Assembly: GCA_937775205.1 (NCBI GenBank)
Contig: CALKBX010000005.1
Location: 269,087-333,086 of the forward strand
DNA length: 64,000 nt
From: an uncultured Verrucomicrobiae bacterium
GTDB taxonomy: Bacteria; Verrucomicrobiota; Verrucomicrobiia; Limisphaerales; UBA1100
Direction: 5' to 3'
The translations under genes and the position numbers were made by a program. Below the pieces are notes generated by a model. That model saw only the letters and a program-made list of their open reading frames with translations. It was not told the origin of the DNA and ran no database searches. The first letter of the stretch is position 1. Each line of letters starts with the position of its first letter. Of this stretch, positions 1-8,581 are shown one piece after another.

Positions 1-120
1 CATGCCGCCCATGCCGCCCATCTGACCGCCCATCTGACCGCCCATGCCGCCCATCTGACCGCCCATCTGACCGCCCATCTGACCGCCCATCTGACCGCCC
101 ATGCCGCCCATCTGACCGCC
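1..120. repeat. Coding tandem repeat of 9-nt (catgccgcc) and 12-nt (catctgaccgcc) units
   Basis: Eleven perfect units, in the order 9,9,12,12,9,12,12,12,12,9,12 nt, fill 1-120 exactly. On the minus strand they encode GGM and GGQM. The array continues beyond the window edge. Confidence 0.95.
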
Positions 121-312
121 CATGCCTTGGGCGCTGTTCATAGCGCTGCCCATTCCACCCATGCCCATATTTTGGAGTCCGCCGGCCATGCCCATGGCGG
201 AGCCCATGCCGCCGAGGGTGAATTGGGCGAGGAGCGCGGGGGCGGTTGCGATGAATGCGAAAAGGAGCGCCACGGGGATGGCGCGCGGGCAGGTTTTAAT
301 GCGGGTCTTCAT
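1..312 (-). CDS. Secreted Gly/Met/Gln-rich repeat protein, N-terminal part only (gene runs off the left edge)
   Basis: The ATG on the complement of 310-312 opens 104 codons with no stop down to position 1. It is missing from the ORF track because no stop lies in the window. Translation is MKTRIKTCPRAIPVALLFAFIATAPALLAQ (signal-peptide-like), then FTLGGMGSAMGMAGGLQNMGMGGMGSAMNSAQGM, then (GGQM/GGM)n. Confidence 0.7.
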   Translation of the reverse strand, partial: MKTRIKTCPRAIPVALLFAFIATAPALLAQFTLGGMGSAMGMAGGLQNMGMGGMGSAMNSAQGMGGQMGGMGGQMGGQMGGQMGGQMGGMGGQMGGQMGGMGGM

Positions 313-480
313 ATTATTACCACTCTGTTGGACGGTTAGCGTCTTGGTTTGGTCACTTTATTTCAAGTTATTTTGAAAAAAATTATGACATTGGGTCGTG
401 GCCGAATGCTACGTAAACGTACTAGTTGGGCGGGGTTTGTCAACTGATTTGGTGATTTTTTTTGCACTTATTTTGGGAAA

Positions 481-2583
481 TCATTCGAGGCCTTGTTCTT
501 CGCCTCGGGCGGTTTTTACCGCTTCGTTGTAGGCTTGGATGATGTTGGCTTCGTGGATGATGCCAGAAAGCTGCATATTATTGGTGTTTTCGACGACTGG
601 AATGCTGACACCGACGAATTCTTCGATGATCTCAAAGCCGGTGTTGAGGTCGGTTTCTTCGGTGAGAATGTGCTCGGGCATTTGGGCGAGGTCGGCGGCG
701 GTTTGGTTGCCGCGGGATTTGAGGGCGTCCCACGCGCTGGCGAGGGTGATGGCGCCGAGGAGTTTTTGGCTGGCATCGGTGACGTAGAGATCGGCTTCGG
801 GGTTGGCGCGCAGGGCTTTTTCGATGGCGGGTAAATCGGCATCGGGCGCGATGGTGTGGTATTCGGATTCCATCACTTCGCGAATGCGGCGGCGTTGGAG
901 GATGAGTACTTCGCGTCCGGCATTGATGTCGATGCCGGCGGCTTGCACTTGATGCAGAAAAAATGAGCGGGCAAAAAATTTGTTGGTGACGAGGTTGCTG
1001 ATGACCACGGCGACCATCACGGCGGTGGCGACGGAGTAGTTTTGGTTTAATTCAAAGACGATCAAAATCGTGGCGATGGGCGCGCCGACGACGGAGCTGA
1101 TGCAGGCGCCCATGCCGGCGAGGGCAAAGATTTGATAATAGCTCGGATCGGTGGCCATGGCGATGGCGGCGCCGACCATGGCACCAATGCACAGCGCGGG
1201 GCCGAACACGCCGCCGTGCATTCCGCAGCTGAGGCAGAGCGCGGTGGCGGCGATTTTGAAAATAATTAAAAAACATAATAATTGCAGGATATATTCGCGG
1301 CCCTGATCTTGGATGACTTGGGTGGTGGTTTCTTCCACGAGCCCGAGGAGGTTGGGCAGCCAAATGGCGACGAGGCCGATGGCGAGTCCGGCGAGGGCGG
1401 GCCGCAGCCAAAGTGGGACTTTGGTTTTCTTGACCGCTTTGCCCATGGCTACGATGCCGCGCATATAAACGAGGGCGAAGAATGCGGCGATGAGGCCGAC
1501 GATGGCGAAGAGTGGGTATTGACTGAGGGTGAGTTCGGCGGGGGCGGTGAGGTTCTGGAAGCCATCAAAGAAGCGGCCGTGATGGATGGCCACGGCGTTG
1601 CCGGCCACGGCGGCGATGGTGATGGGGGCAAAGGCGCGGAGCGAGTAGTGGCCGATGATGGCTTCGTGCGTGAAAATGACGGCGGCAATGGGGGTGTTAA
1701 AGGAGGTGGCAATGGCGCTGGCAATGCCGCAGCCGAGAAAGGTGACGGTGTTGGTGCGGCCGAGTTTGAAGACTCGGCCGAAGCCGGAGCCGAGTGTGGC
1801 GCCCAAATGCACGGCGGGGCCATAGCGGCCAACCGATGCGCCGAGGCCGATGGAGCTTATGCAAACGAGCGCGGTGGAGATGCCTTCGCGGATGGGCATG
1901 ATGCCGTCGTTATTGATGCGGGCGATGATGGCGTCGGCGGGCCCGTGGCCGCGCGGGAGTTTGAAGGCAACATAGAGCAGCCCAATGAAAAGTCCGCCGC
2001 CGATGAGGGCAGCGAGGATATGCCACTTCGGGACGTCGGTGAAGGAGCCTTGTTTGTAGTCAAACCGAATCGTGTGGTTCGGCTCGGGGCCCGGCAAATG
2101 TGCGGCGAGCTGAGTGGCATTGGCGTCGGCGATGATGGGGATGAGATTTTTGCCGTCGAATTTCAGCTCGATGGGTTGACCTTCATCGACTTCCACGCGG
2201 ACTTGGTCATTTTCAAAATTCCATTCGCCGGTGACGGGGGCTTGGCGCACTCCATCGCGGGTGGTGATGAGGGTGCACTTGCCGGTGGTGGGCCACTGGG
2301 TTTGCTTGAGGGCATCGAGGTTGTGCGGGTTGTTGCCGCGAAAATCGAGCGAGAGTTTGTTGTGAGCATCAACCTTGTGCGTGTAGCGACCGCTGGGGGA
2401 ATCGTTCCAGTCGAAGTACACCCAGTTCACCACGCGATCGAAGGCATCCATAAAGCCCAGCGTGGCATAGGAAACGCCCGAGCCGATTACCACGGAAAGA
2501 ACGAGTAACAGCAGCAGATTAGTGCCGGCCTGATAAGGCGGTTTCTGCTTGCGGTCGAACAGTTTTTTAAAAGCCTCCAGCAT
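481..2583 (-). CDS. ClC-family voltage-gated chloride channel/transporter with C-terminal CBS domain pair
   Basis: 700 aa, polytopic. ClC-like motifs are present: GASVGRYGPAVHLGA, GIASAIATSFNTPIAAVIFTHE and GMHGGVFGPALCIGAMVG. The C-terminal ~150 aa resemble a CBS pair (REVMESEYHTIAPDADL..., VGVSIPVVENTNNMQLSGIIHEANII). Confidence 0.85.
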   Translation of the reverse strand: MLEAFKKLFDRKQKPPYQAGTNLLLLLVLSVVIGSGVSYATLGFMDAFDRVVNWVYFDWNDSPSGRYTHKVDAHNKLSLDFRGNNPHNLDALKQTQWPTTGKCTLITTRDGVRQAPVTGEWNFENDQVRVEVDEGQPIELKFDGKNLIPIIADANATQLAAHLPGPEPNHTIRFDYKQGSFTDVPKWHILAALIGGGLFIGLLYVAFKLPRGHGPADAIIARINNDGIMPIREGISTALVCISSIGLGASVGRYGPAVHLGATLGSGFGRVFKLGRTNTVTFLGCGIASAIATSFNTPIAAVIFTHEAIIGHYSLRAFAPITIAAVAGNAVAIHHGRFFDGFQNLTAPAELTLSQYPLFAIVGLIAAFFALVYMRGIVAMGKAVKKTKVPLWLRPALAGLAIGLVAIWLPNLLGLVEETTTQVIQDQGREYILQLLCFLIIFKIAATALCLSCGMHGGVFGPALCIGAMVGAAIAMATDPSYYQIFALAGMGACISSVVGAPIATILIVFELNQNYSVATAVMVAVVISNLVTNKFFARSFFLHQVQAAGIDINAGREVLILQRRRIREVMESEYHTIAPDADLPAIEKALRANPEADLYVTDASQKLLGAITLASAWDALKSRGNQTAADLAQMPEHILTEETDLNTGFEIIEEFVGVSIPVVENTNNMQLSGIIHEANIIQAYNEAVKTARGEEQGLE

Positions 2584-2636
2584 GCTCCCGGCGCGCTGGG
2601 GTTATATAAAAAACCGGCTAAAAATGCAATGACGGA

Positions 2637-3377
2637 CTAGGCGTTAGCCGTGGCGAGTACGAGGTCGAACTGGCCTTGCAAGTACGCGCCGTATTCGCCT
2701 TTTACTTTTTTGAGATCCACAATGAGTGGCGACTTGCTGGCCCATGGGTCGTTGGCGATATGTTTGTCGCCCTTGAAATAACATTGGGTGATCACTCGCG
2801 CGTGGCCTTTGGCTTGGGCCATATAATGAATGTGCGCCGGCCGCGTCGTGCGACCAATTCCGTATGCGGCGGGCTTGATGGTTTCGTATTCGTAATAGCC
2901 TTGCTCGTCCGTAATGAGTCGGATGCGGTTCTTAAAATTTTTGCGGGCGGGTTGGGTGCCGCCGCTGAAGCCGCGGGCATCGGCAAGGGTGGGGCGCTTG
3001 TCAGTGCGTTGAGCGGTTTGGAAATCGTACACGCCTTTGTGATCGGCCTGCCAAACATCGAGCACCGTGTGGGCGAGCGGTTCGCGGGTGCGATGGCTCC
3101 ACATGCGGCCGCGCATCACCAGCAATTCACCCGGCGCGAGGGGCGGGGTCACCTTGCCGCGGTACGGCGCGCCGCCAGCCCAGAACGGCCCGAGGATGTC
3201 CGCGTGCGTGGCCTTCCATTTGCCTTCGGGCACGATGTCCTCGCCTTTGCCTTTGAGGAAATTGATGTAGCCGTGGCTGTCATCGGTGGATGGCGTAGCC
3301 TCGGCAAAGGCGGGCAAGGCAAGGGCGGTCAAACCACTGAAAGCCAGAAAATCGCGACGGGTGGAGTCATTTTTCAT
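2637..3377 (-). CDS. Exported intradiol ring-cleavage dioxygenase family protein (Tat signal)
   Basis: The N-terminus TRRDFLAFSGLTALALPAFAEA is a twin-arginine signal. LDVWQADHKGVYD and RPAHIHYM are intradiol dioxygenase core motifs. Confidence 0.8.
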   Translation of the reverse strand: MKNDSTRRDFLAFSGLTALALPAFAEATPSTDDSHGYINFLKGKGEDIVPEGKWKATHADILGPFWAGGAPYRGKVTPPLAPGELLVMRGRMWSHRTREPLAHTVLDVWQADHKGVYDFQTAQRTDKRPTLADARGFSGGTQPARKNFKNRIRLITDEQGYYEYETIKPAAYGIGRTTRPAHIHYMAQAKGHARVITQCYFKGDKHIANDPWASKSPLIVDLKKVKGEYGAYLQGQFDLVLATANA

Positions 3378-3473
3378 AATTGCTTTGTGTTTAATGTGAC
3401 GCTACGCGGCGGGTGAAGGTTACTAAGCCTTTTCGTTGCCAACGCCGTCTCGGGACATTATACTCCGATTCCG

Positions 3474-3650
3474 ATGACCAAGCATCTTTTTATTTCAGGC
3501 ATGGCCTGTGTTTGTCTTTTGGCAGGATTGGCGGGGTGTGTTTCACAAAACACCACGCCGCCCACTAATGTACAAAACCACCTCGACGTGCCGCCAGCTC
3601 CCGGGAGCGCGGCAGTGACGCCCATCGAAACGATCTGCCCGCTGCAATAA
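3474..3650 (+). CDS. Small putative lipoprotein (58 aa)
   Basis: ATG at 3474, TAA at 3648-3650. Translation is MTKHLFISGMACVCLLAGLAGCVSQNTTPPTN..., with lipobox LAGC. It is below the ORF-track length cutoff. Third-codon positions are GC-rich like neighbouring genes. Confidence 0.5.
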   Translation: MTKHLFISGMACVCLLAGLAGCVSQNTTPPTNVQNHLDVPPAPGSAAVTPIETICPLQ

Positions 3651-3660
3651 CCCGTCGCCT

Positions 3661-3867
3661 ATGGACGCCGTGCAAGAACGGCTGGCGCGCTGGACCGCGC
3701 CGGACCAAACGCACCCCCTCGCCAAACGCGAGGCTGACCTCGCCGCCTTGGTGGACGGCGACAAAACCGCGTGGGAATCCTACGGCCAACACTACGAAGG
3801 CTGGACGATGGAAGAAATGGAACTCCTCCTCGCCGGCGTGCGCGCGGCCCGGCGCGACACACTTTAA
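3661..3867 (+). CDS. Hypothetical small protein (68 aa)
   Basis: The ORF lies in an otherwise empty gap directly upstream of the PrsW-like gene. Codon third positions are GC-rich. No family was recognised. Confidence 0.4.
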   Translation: MDAVQERLARWTAPDQTHPLAKREADLAALVDGDKTAWESYGQHYEGWTMEEMELLLAGVRAARRDTL

Positions 3868-3892
3868 TACGCTTTAAGTTTCACTTGCTCTC

Positions 3893-4963
3893 ATGATTTG
3901 GATTGTACCCGCCGTCGTGCTCGTGGTGCCTTTAGTGGCGGTTTACTTTCTGCTCATTCGGTCGATGGACCGCTATCATCCCGCGCCGTGGTGGATGCTG
4001 GGGCTGTGCCTTGCTTGGGGTGCGGTGGGCGCAGTCGGCCTTTCGGTGGTGGGCGATCTGCTCGGGCAAGGGGCCATCAGCTTTGCGGTGGATCGTGATT
4101 TCGATGACGAATCCGTATTCAACGCGACGGCTACATTCGTCGCGCCGTTGGTGGAGGAACCGGCTAAAGCGCTGGGGCTACTATTTATATACCTGTTTTC
4201 CAAAAAGCGCGGGCACGAAACTTTGGGGCCATTGCGCGGCGCGGTGTTTGGCGGCATCATAGGGTTGGGGTTCACTCTCTCCGAAGACATCGCCTACATC
4301 GTCCAAGGCGGCACCGCGGCGGGCGGCGTGGGATTTGTCGGCACGTTTTTCCTGCGCACGGTGATGCTCGGGTTGGGGCACGCCACCTTCACGGCGATGT
4401 CCGGCCTGGGCTTCGGACTCTTTGCCACCCTGAAAAGCCGCTGGCGCTGGGCAATGCCACTGGCGGGGATGGCGCTGGGAATGCTGCTGCATTTTGGGCG
4501 AAACCTGTTCGGCTCATATTTGGTGATGGAAGGCTTGGGCGTAGTGGTCACACTGCTGCTCAACGCGATGGTGGTGCTGGCGCTGTTGGGGTTGTTGATT
4601 TGGCTGGGCTGGCGTGATCGGCAGCGCGTCATCGAAGGCTTGCAAGGCGTCACCGGCGTACTCATCACGCCGGCCGAATACGCCGCGGCCACCAGCGGAT
4701 GGATGCTCCTGCCCGGCTGGAATTTGTTTAACCTCATCGGCTTGCCCGGCGGCTTCCGTGCCGCGCGCCGCAAACAGGCGAACCTCTTCCAACTCGCCTT
4801 CCACCGCCAACGCGCACGCCACGCGATTCCGCCCATCCCCGGCCAACCCCCCACGCTCGATACCGAGCAAGACCACCTCATCGCCGAACTCCACACCGCT
4901 AACCAACAAGGCACTCGCCTCGCCAACGAAGCAACGAACCCGCCGCCAGTGATACGGGGTTGA
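3893..4963 (+). CDS. PrsW-family intramembrane metalloprotease
   Basis: Polytopic membrane protein with the PrsW signature pair EExxK (VEEPAKALG) and HxxxN (LLHFGRNLF). Confidence 0.75.
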   Translation: MIWIVPAVVLVVPLVAVYFLLIRSMDRYHPAPWWMLGLCLAWGAVGAVGLSVVGDLLGQGAISFAVDRDFDDESVFNATATFVAPLVEEPAKALGLLFIYLFSKKRGHETLGPLRGAVFGGIIGLGFTLSEDIAYIVQGGTAAGGVGFVGTFFLRTVMLGLGHATFTAMSGLGFGLFATLKSRWRWAMPLAGMALGMLLHFGRNLFGSYLVMEGLGVVVTLLLNAMVVLALLGLLIWLGWRDRQRVIEGLQGVTGVLITPAEYAAATSGWMLLPGWNLFNLIGLPGGFRAARRKQANLFQLAFHRQRARHAIPPIPGQPPTLDTEQDHLIAELHTANQQGTRLANEATNPPPVIRG

Positions 4964-5003
4964 TTTCCATCCGCGTTGGCGCGACACTTTCGGCACCCAA
5001 ATT

Positions 5004-5957
5004 ATGAAACATTCTACTGACCCCACATCCCGGCGTGCTTTCATTGGCGCTTCCGCTGCGTTGGCCGCCGGCGCTTTGCCGTTGCCGGTTTCTGCTGCTG
5101 CCAAAGATAAACCGCCCACTGCGGCTAAGGCACGCACCAAGCTGGCGTTGGCTACGTATTCGTATTGGCATTTCACGGCCAAGAAATACCCCATCGAAAA
5201 GGTCATCGATCACGCGGCCGATTTAGGCGTGGAGGGCGTGGATGTTTTGCACATGCAAATGGCCGAGGAAAAACCGGCGTACTTGCGCAAGCTCAAGCGG
5301 CACGCGTTTCTTAATGGCGTGGGCTTGGTGGGATTGTCCATTCACCAAGGCTTTGTGAAAACCAAGGCGGCGGATCGCCAAAAGAATATCGATCACACCA
5401 TTCATTGTATGGAGCTGGCGCACGAGATGGGCATCCCGTGCATCCGGCTAAACACCGGCCGTTGGCGCACGATTTCGTTTGATGAACTGATGGCCAATCG
5501 CGGCATCGAGCCGGTGCCGAAAGGGCACACGGAGGAGGAAGCTTTCAAGTGGTGCATCGATTCCATCCAGAAACTCATCCCCGTCGCTGAAAAGCTCGGC
5601 GTGCATATGGCGCTGGAAAATCACTGGGGCCTCGCGCGCACGCCGGAAGGTTTGCTGCGCATCGTGAAAGCCATCCCATCGCCGTGGCTCGGCGTGCTGA
5701 TGGATACCGGAAATTTCCTGGAAAATCCGTACAAGAAACTGGAGATGATCGCCTCGCGCACCACCTTCGTTCAGGCGAAAACATATTACGGCGGCGGCGA
5801 ATGGTACTCGTTGGATTTGGATTACAAACGCATCGCCAAAATGTTGGCCAAAGAAAACTACCGCGGCTACGTGTCCATCGAATTCGAGGGCAAAGAAAAC
5901 CCACAAACCGCCGTGCCCAAAAGCGTGGCCATGATGCGCAAGGCATTTGGGGCCTAG
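5004..5957 (+). CDS. Exported sugar-phosphate isomerase/epimerase (xylose-isomerase-like TIM barrel), Tat signal
   Basis: SRRAFIGASAALAAGALPLPVSAAA is a Tat signal. The body resembles AP-endonuclease-2/xylose-isomerase-like TIM barrels (LALENHWG, MDTGNF, YRGYVSIEFEG). Confidence 0.75.
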   Translation: MKHSTDPTSRRAFIGASAALAAGALPLPVSAAAKDKPPTAAKARTKLALATYSYWHFTAKKYPIEKVIDHAADLGVEGVDVLHMQMAEEKPAYLRKLKRHAFLNGVGLVGLSIHQGFVKTKAADRQKNIDHTIHCMELAHEMGIPCIRLNTGRWRTISFDELMANRGIEPVPKGHTEEEAFKWCIDSIQKLIPVAEKLGVHMALENHWGLARTPEGLLRIVKAIPSPWLGVLMDTGNFLENPYKKLEMIASRTTFVQAKTYYGGGEWYSLDLDYKRIAKMLAKENYRGYVSIEFEGKENPQTAVPKSVAMMRKAFGA

Positions 5958-5959
5958 TG

Positions 5960-8572
5960 ATGCGGGCCTTCGCTGGCATTGCTGGCATTGCCGCCATGTT
6001 GTTGGCAGTGGGATGCGGAAAAAAAGATCCGCCGCCCAAGCCATCGGTGTCGAATGCCCCGGCTGTGGTGCCCGCCACTCAAGTGCAAAAACAAGCCGAC
6101 GGCTTTTTTTATCGCGATGGCGAAGTGCATCCCTTTACTGGCCGAACGGAGGCCACTCACACCAATGGCGTGCAGCGCGGCGCGTTTGCTTTTCGTGCGG
6201 GACGGCCGGATGGTTTGTGGCAGGAATGGCATTCCAACGGAAAACCACGCCGCAAGTTGTTTTACAAATCGGGTAAATTGCACGGCGAGTTTGTGGAATG
6301 GCACGACAACGGCAAGGTGAAACAGCGCGCCAACTTTGCTGACGACCAACCGCACGGCGAATGGAACGAATGGGACGCGACCGGCCTGCACGCGGTGCAG
6401 CGCAAGTATCAGCACGGGCTGTTGGTGAGCGAACAAATGCCGGTGGAGTTGATGCAGCGCGTGGATCTCATCACGCAATTTCGCGCCCGGTTTGATCGGC
6501 TCGTGTGGCAACCCGAACTGGACGCGCAACGCTTCCACGAAACGATGGTGGCCGCTTGGGATTCGCTGCGCACGGCGAAGGATAAATTAGCAGCGTTGGA
6601 GGAATTCCAGTTTGACACATTGTCGATCGAGCCGGGCCGCTCATTCACGCCCGCCGAATGGAAGGCGTGGCTGCACGCGCGGCGCGGGGAAGGATGGGAA
6701 ATCGAAGGCACCCACTGGCGGCAGGAGCAATTCAAATTTCAAAACAAAAAGGCCGAATCAAAATATGCGTTCATCGTGCGCGCTCGCAAAGACCGGCAGC
6801 GGTCAGTGCTGCGCGGGATGCTTGCCGTTCACTGGACGGAAGCGCAGGACGCGCGGGGAAATTTTATGCCGGGCAAGTTGGCGGTGAGTGAATTGCGGCG
6901 AGACGACCGCAAAGCCGCGCCGGGATTTGTGGGGCAGCCCGCACCGCAGGGCGTCGGGCCGGTGTTGGTGCAGGATTTGGATCACGACGGATTGCCGGAA
7001 ATCATTTTCCCCGCTGTGAACGCCGTGCATTGGAATCGCGGGGGTTGGAAATTTGAAGCGCGGAAGTTGTGCGCCGTGTTTCCGGAACCCTTAACGGCGG
7101 CGGTGTTGGCCGATTTCACAGGCGACGGCGTGGCGGATTTGCTGGGCGTGCCCGTGAGTAGCGCGCCCTGGCTGTGGGCGGGAGCGGGGAATGGAAAATT
7201 CAAAAAGCCCACGCGCGCGGCCACGGGCGAGGCGGAATGGCGCGGAGCCAGCGCGATTGCCGCAGGCGATGTGGATGGCGATGGCGACCTCGATGTGTGG
7301 GTTGCCAATCACAAACCGCCCTTTGTGGACGGCCAGTTTCCGCTTCCCTATTTTGATGCTAATGACGGGCAGCCATCGCGCTTGATGTTAAACGATGGCG
7401 CGGGAAAATTCACGGAGACCGCCACGCCGGGCTTGCGCAAACTGCGTCGCACGCGCAGCACTTCGTGGGTGGACCTCGATGGCGACGGCGATTTGGATTT
7501 GCTCAACGTGGCCGACTTTGGCGGGCTCGACCATTACGCCAACGACGGCCAGGGAAAATTTACCGACCTCAACGGCACGCTCGGCGCAGCGCGGTACGGT
7601 TTCGGGCAAGGCCACGCGGTGGGCGATTTTAATGGCGACGGCCGGCCGGATGTGTTTATGGCGGGGGTGGATTCCACCGCCGCGCGGCGTTTGTCTCAAA
7701 TGAAGCTCGGCCACAAATCACTGCCGGAATTTCTGTCGCGCCGGGCGATGATGGCCGGCGGCAATCGATTGTTTCTCGGCAGCGCCAAGGGGTTGGTTTT
7801 TAAGCAATCGAAAACCGGAATGCTCGAACGCACCGGATGGGCGCACGGCGTGAGCGGCGCGGATTTTGATCTCGATGGCGACCGCGATCTGTTTGTGGCC
7901 ACCGGCTATTCCAGCCGTCGCACTACCGAGGATTACGACAGCATTTATTGGCGGCACGATATTTACACCCAAAACAATCAACCCGATGTCGCGTTGGCCG
8001 CACATTTCAAGGGAGTGATGGGGCCGGTGCGCGCGAGTCTGTCGTGGCATGGTTTTCAACCCAACGCGTTGTTGCTCAATGACGGCAAAGGCGGCTGGCG
8101 CGAGGCGGGATTTTTGCTGGGCGCGGGCAGTCAACGCGATGGGCGAAGTGTGGTGGCGGCGGATTTCGACGCGGATGGGCGGCCGGATTTACTGGTGACC
8201 GATCGCCAGTGGGAATTCAAAACCGGAATGAATTTGCCCCGCGTTCGGTTATTGGCCAATCACTTGGAACCGGAGGGTGGCTGGATTGGCGTGCACTTGT
8301 GGGGCGCGCCGGGGCGGTCGGCAGTGGGCGCAGTGGTGACGGCGCGAGCGGGCAAAAAAATATGGCGGCACTGGGTGGTGACGGGTGATTCGTGGGAGGC
8401 GCAGCATCCGTTCACCGCGCATTTCGGGTTGGGCGATGTGACGGCGGTGGACTCTCTGGAGGTGCGCTGGCCGGACGGGCGGGTGACGCGTTTGGCCAAT
8501 CCGCCAGCGGGGAAATATCATATGTTGTCAGCCTCGAAGGCGGGGCTTGATAAACCCGGCGAAGGGCGGTAG
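5960..8572 (+). CDS. CRTAC1-like lipoprotein: MORN/YwqK-type repeats + FG-GAP/VCBS repeats + ASPIC/UnbV C-terminal domain
   Basis: The track ORF (5684-8572) was trimmed to the ATG at 5960, giving MRAFAGIAGIAAMLLAVGCGKK (lipobox). The upstream part overlaps the previous gene. There are repeated G.l.G.w.eWh.nGk motifs and multiple DxDGDGDLD FG-GAP calcium loops. The C-terminus reads LEVRWPDGRVTRL. Confidence 0.8.
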   Translation: MRAFAGIAGIAAMLLAVGCGKKDPPPKPSVSNAPAVVPATQVQKQADGFFYRDGEVHPFTGRTEATHTNGVQRGAFAFRAGRPDGLWQEWHSNGKPRRKLFYKSGKLHGEFVEWHDNGKVKQRANFADDQPHGEWNEWDATGLHAVQRKYQHGLLVSEQMPVELMQRVDLITQFRARFDRLVWQPELDAQRFHETMVAAWDSLRTAKDKLAALEEFQFDTLSIEPGRSFTPAEWKAWLHARRGEGWEIEGTHWRQEQFKFQNKKAESKYAFIVRARKDRQRSVLRGMLAVHWTEAQDARGNFMPGKLAVSELRRDDRKAAPGFVGQPAPQGVGPVLVQDLDHDGLPEIIFPAVNAVHWNRGGWKFEARKLCAVFPEPLTAAVLADFTGDGVADLLGVPVSSAPWLWAGAGNGKFKKPTRAATGEAEWRGASAIAAGDVDGDGDLDVWVANHKPPFVDGQFPLPYFDANDGQPSRLMLNDGAGKFTETATPGLRKLRRTRSTSWVDLDGDGDLDLLNVADFGGLDHYANDGQGKFTDLNGTLGAARYGFGQGHAVGDFNGDGRPDVFMAGVDSTAARRLSQMKLGHKSLPEFLSRRAMMAGGNRLFLGSAKGLVFKQSKTGMLERTGWAHGVSGADFDLDGDRDLFVATGYSSRRTTEDYDSIYWRHDIYTQNNQPDVALAAHFKGVMGPVRASLSWHGFQPNALLLNDGKGGWREAGFLLGAGSQRDGRSVVAADFDADGRPDLLVTDRQWEFKTGMNLPRVRLLANHLEPEGGWIGVHLWGAPGRSAVGAVVTARAGKKIWRHWVVTGDSWEAQHPFTAHFGLGDVTAVDSLEVRWPDGRVTRLANPPAGKYHMLSASKAGLDKPGEGR

Positions 8573-8581
8573 ACACGCCGC

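Noticed and set aside
1-120. Tandem repeat array at the window edge as a possible CRISPR array or non-coding satellite.
   Set aside because: The units are 9 and 12 nt with no spacers. They are in frame with an upstream signal-peptide ORF on the minus strand, so this is a coding low-complexity repeat.
438-443. TTGACA hexamer (minus strand), and a few other -35-like hexamers such as TTGACC at 54141-54146, considered as promoters.
   Set aside because: I found no convincing -10 element at 16-19 nt spacing, and promoter consensus in this phylum is poorly defined. They were not reported as features.
1282-2508. Long antisense or alternative-frame ORFs in the track. Examples: 1282-2508(+) inside the ClC gene, 8636-9637(-) inside the HlyD-like gene, 31350-32405(-), 62213-63610(-) inside glyA, 29519-30232(-), 59299-59994(-), and many 60-200-aa ORFs rich in Arg/Pro/Ala/Gly.
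   Set aside because: They lie opposite to, or out of frame with, genes that have clear family motifs. Their translations are low-complexity R/P/A/G strings typical of shadow ORFs in GC-rich DNA. None shows a recognisable motif.
5684-5959. N-terminal extensions of track ORFs. These are 5684 for the CRTAC1-like gene, 16756-16983 for the CHAT gene, 43766-43924 for mqnE, 45489-45797 for ubiX, 22672-22875 for the methyltransferase, 16737-16841 for the EF-hand gene, and several glycan-cluster genes.
   Set aside because: The extensions overlap the preceding gene or the divergent neighbour. They encode Arg-rich nonsense. Internal starts give clean signal peptides, lipoboxes or canonical family N-termini, often with ATGA-type coupling.
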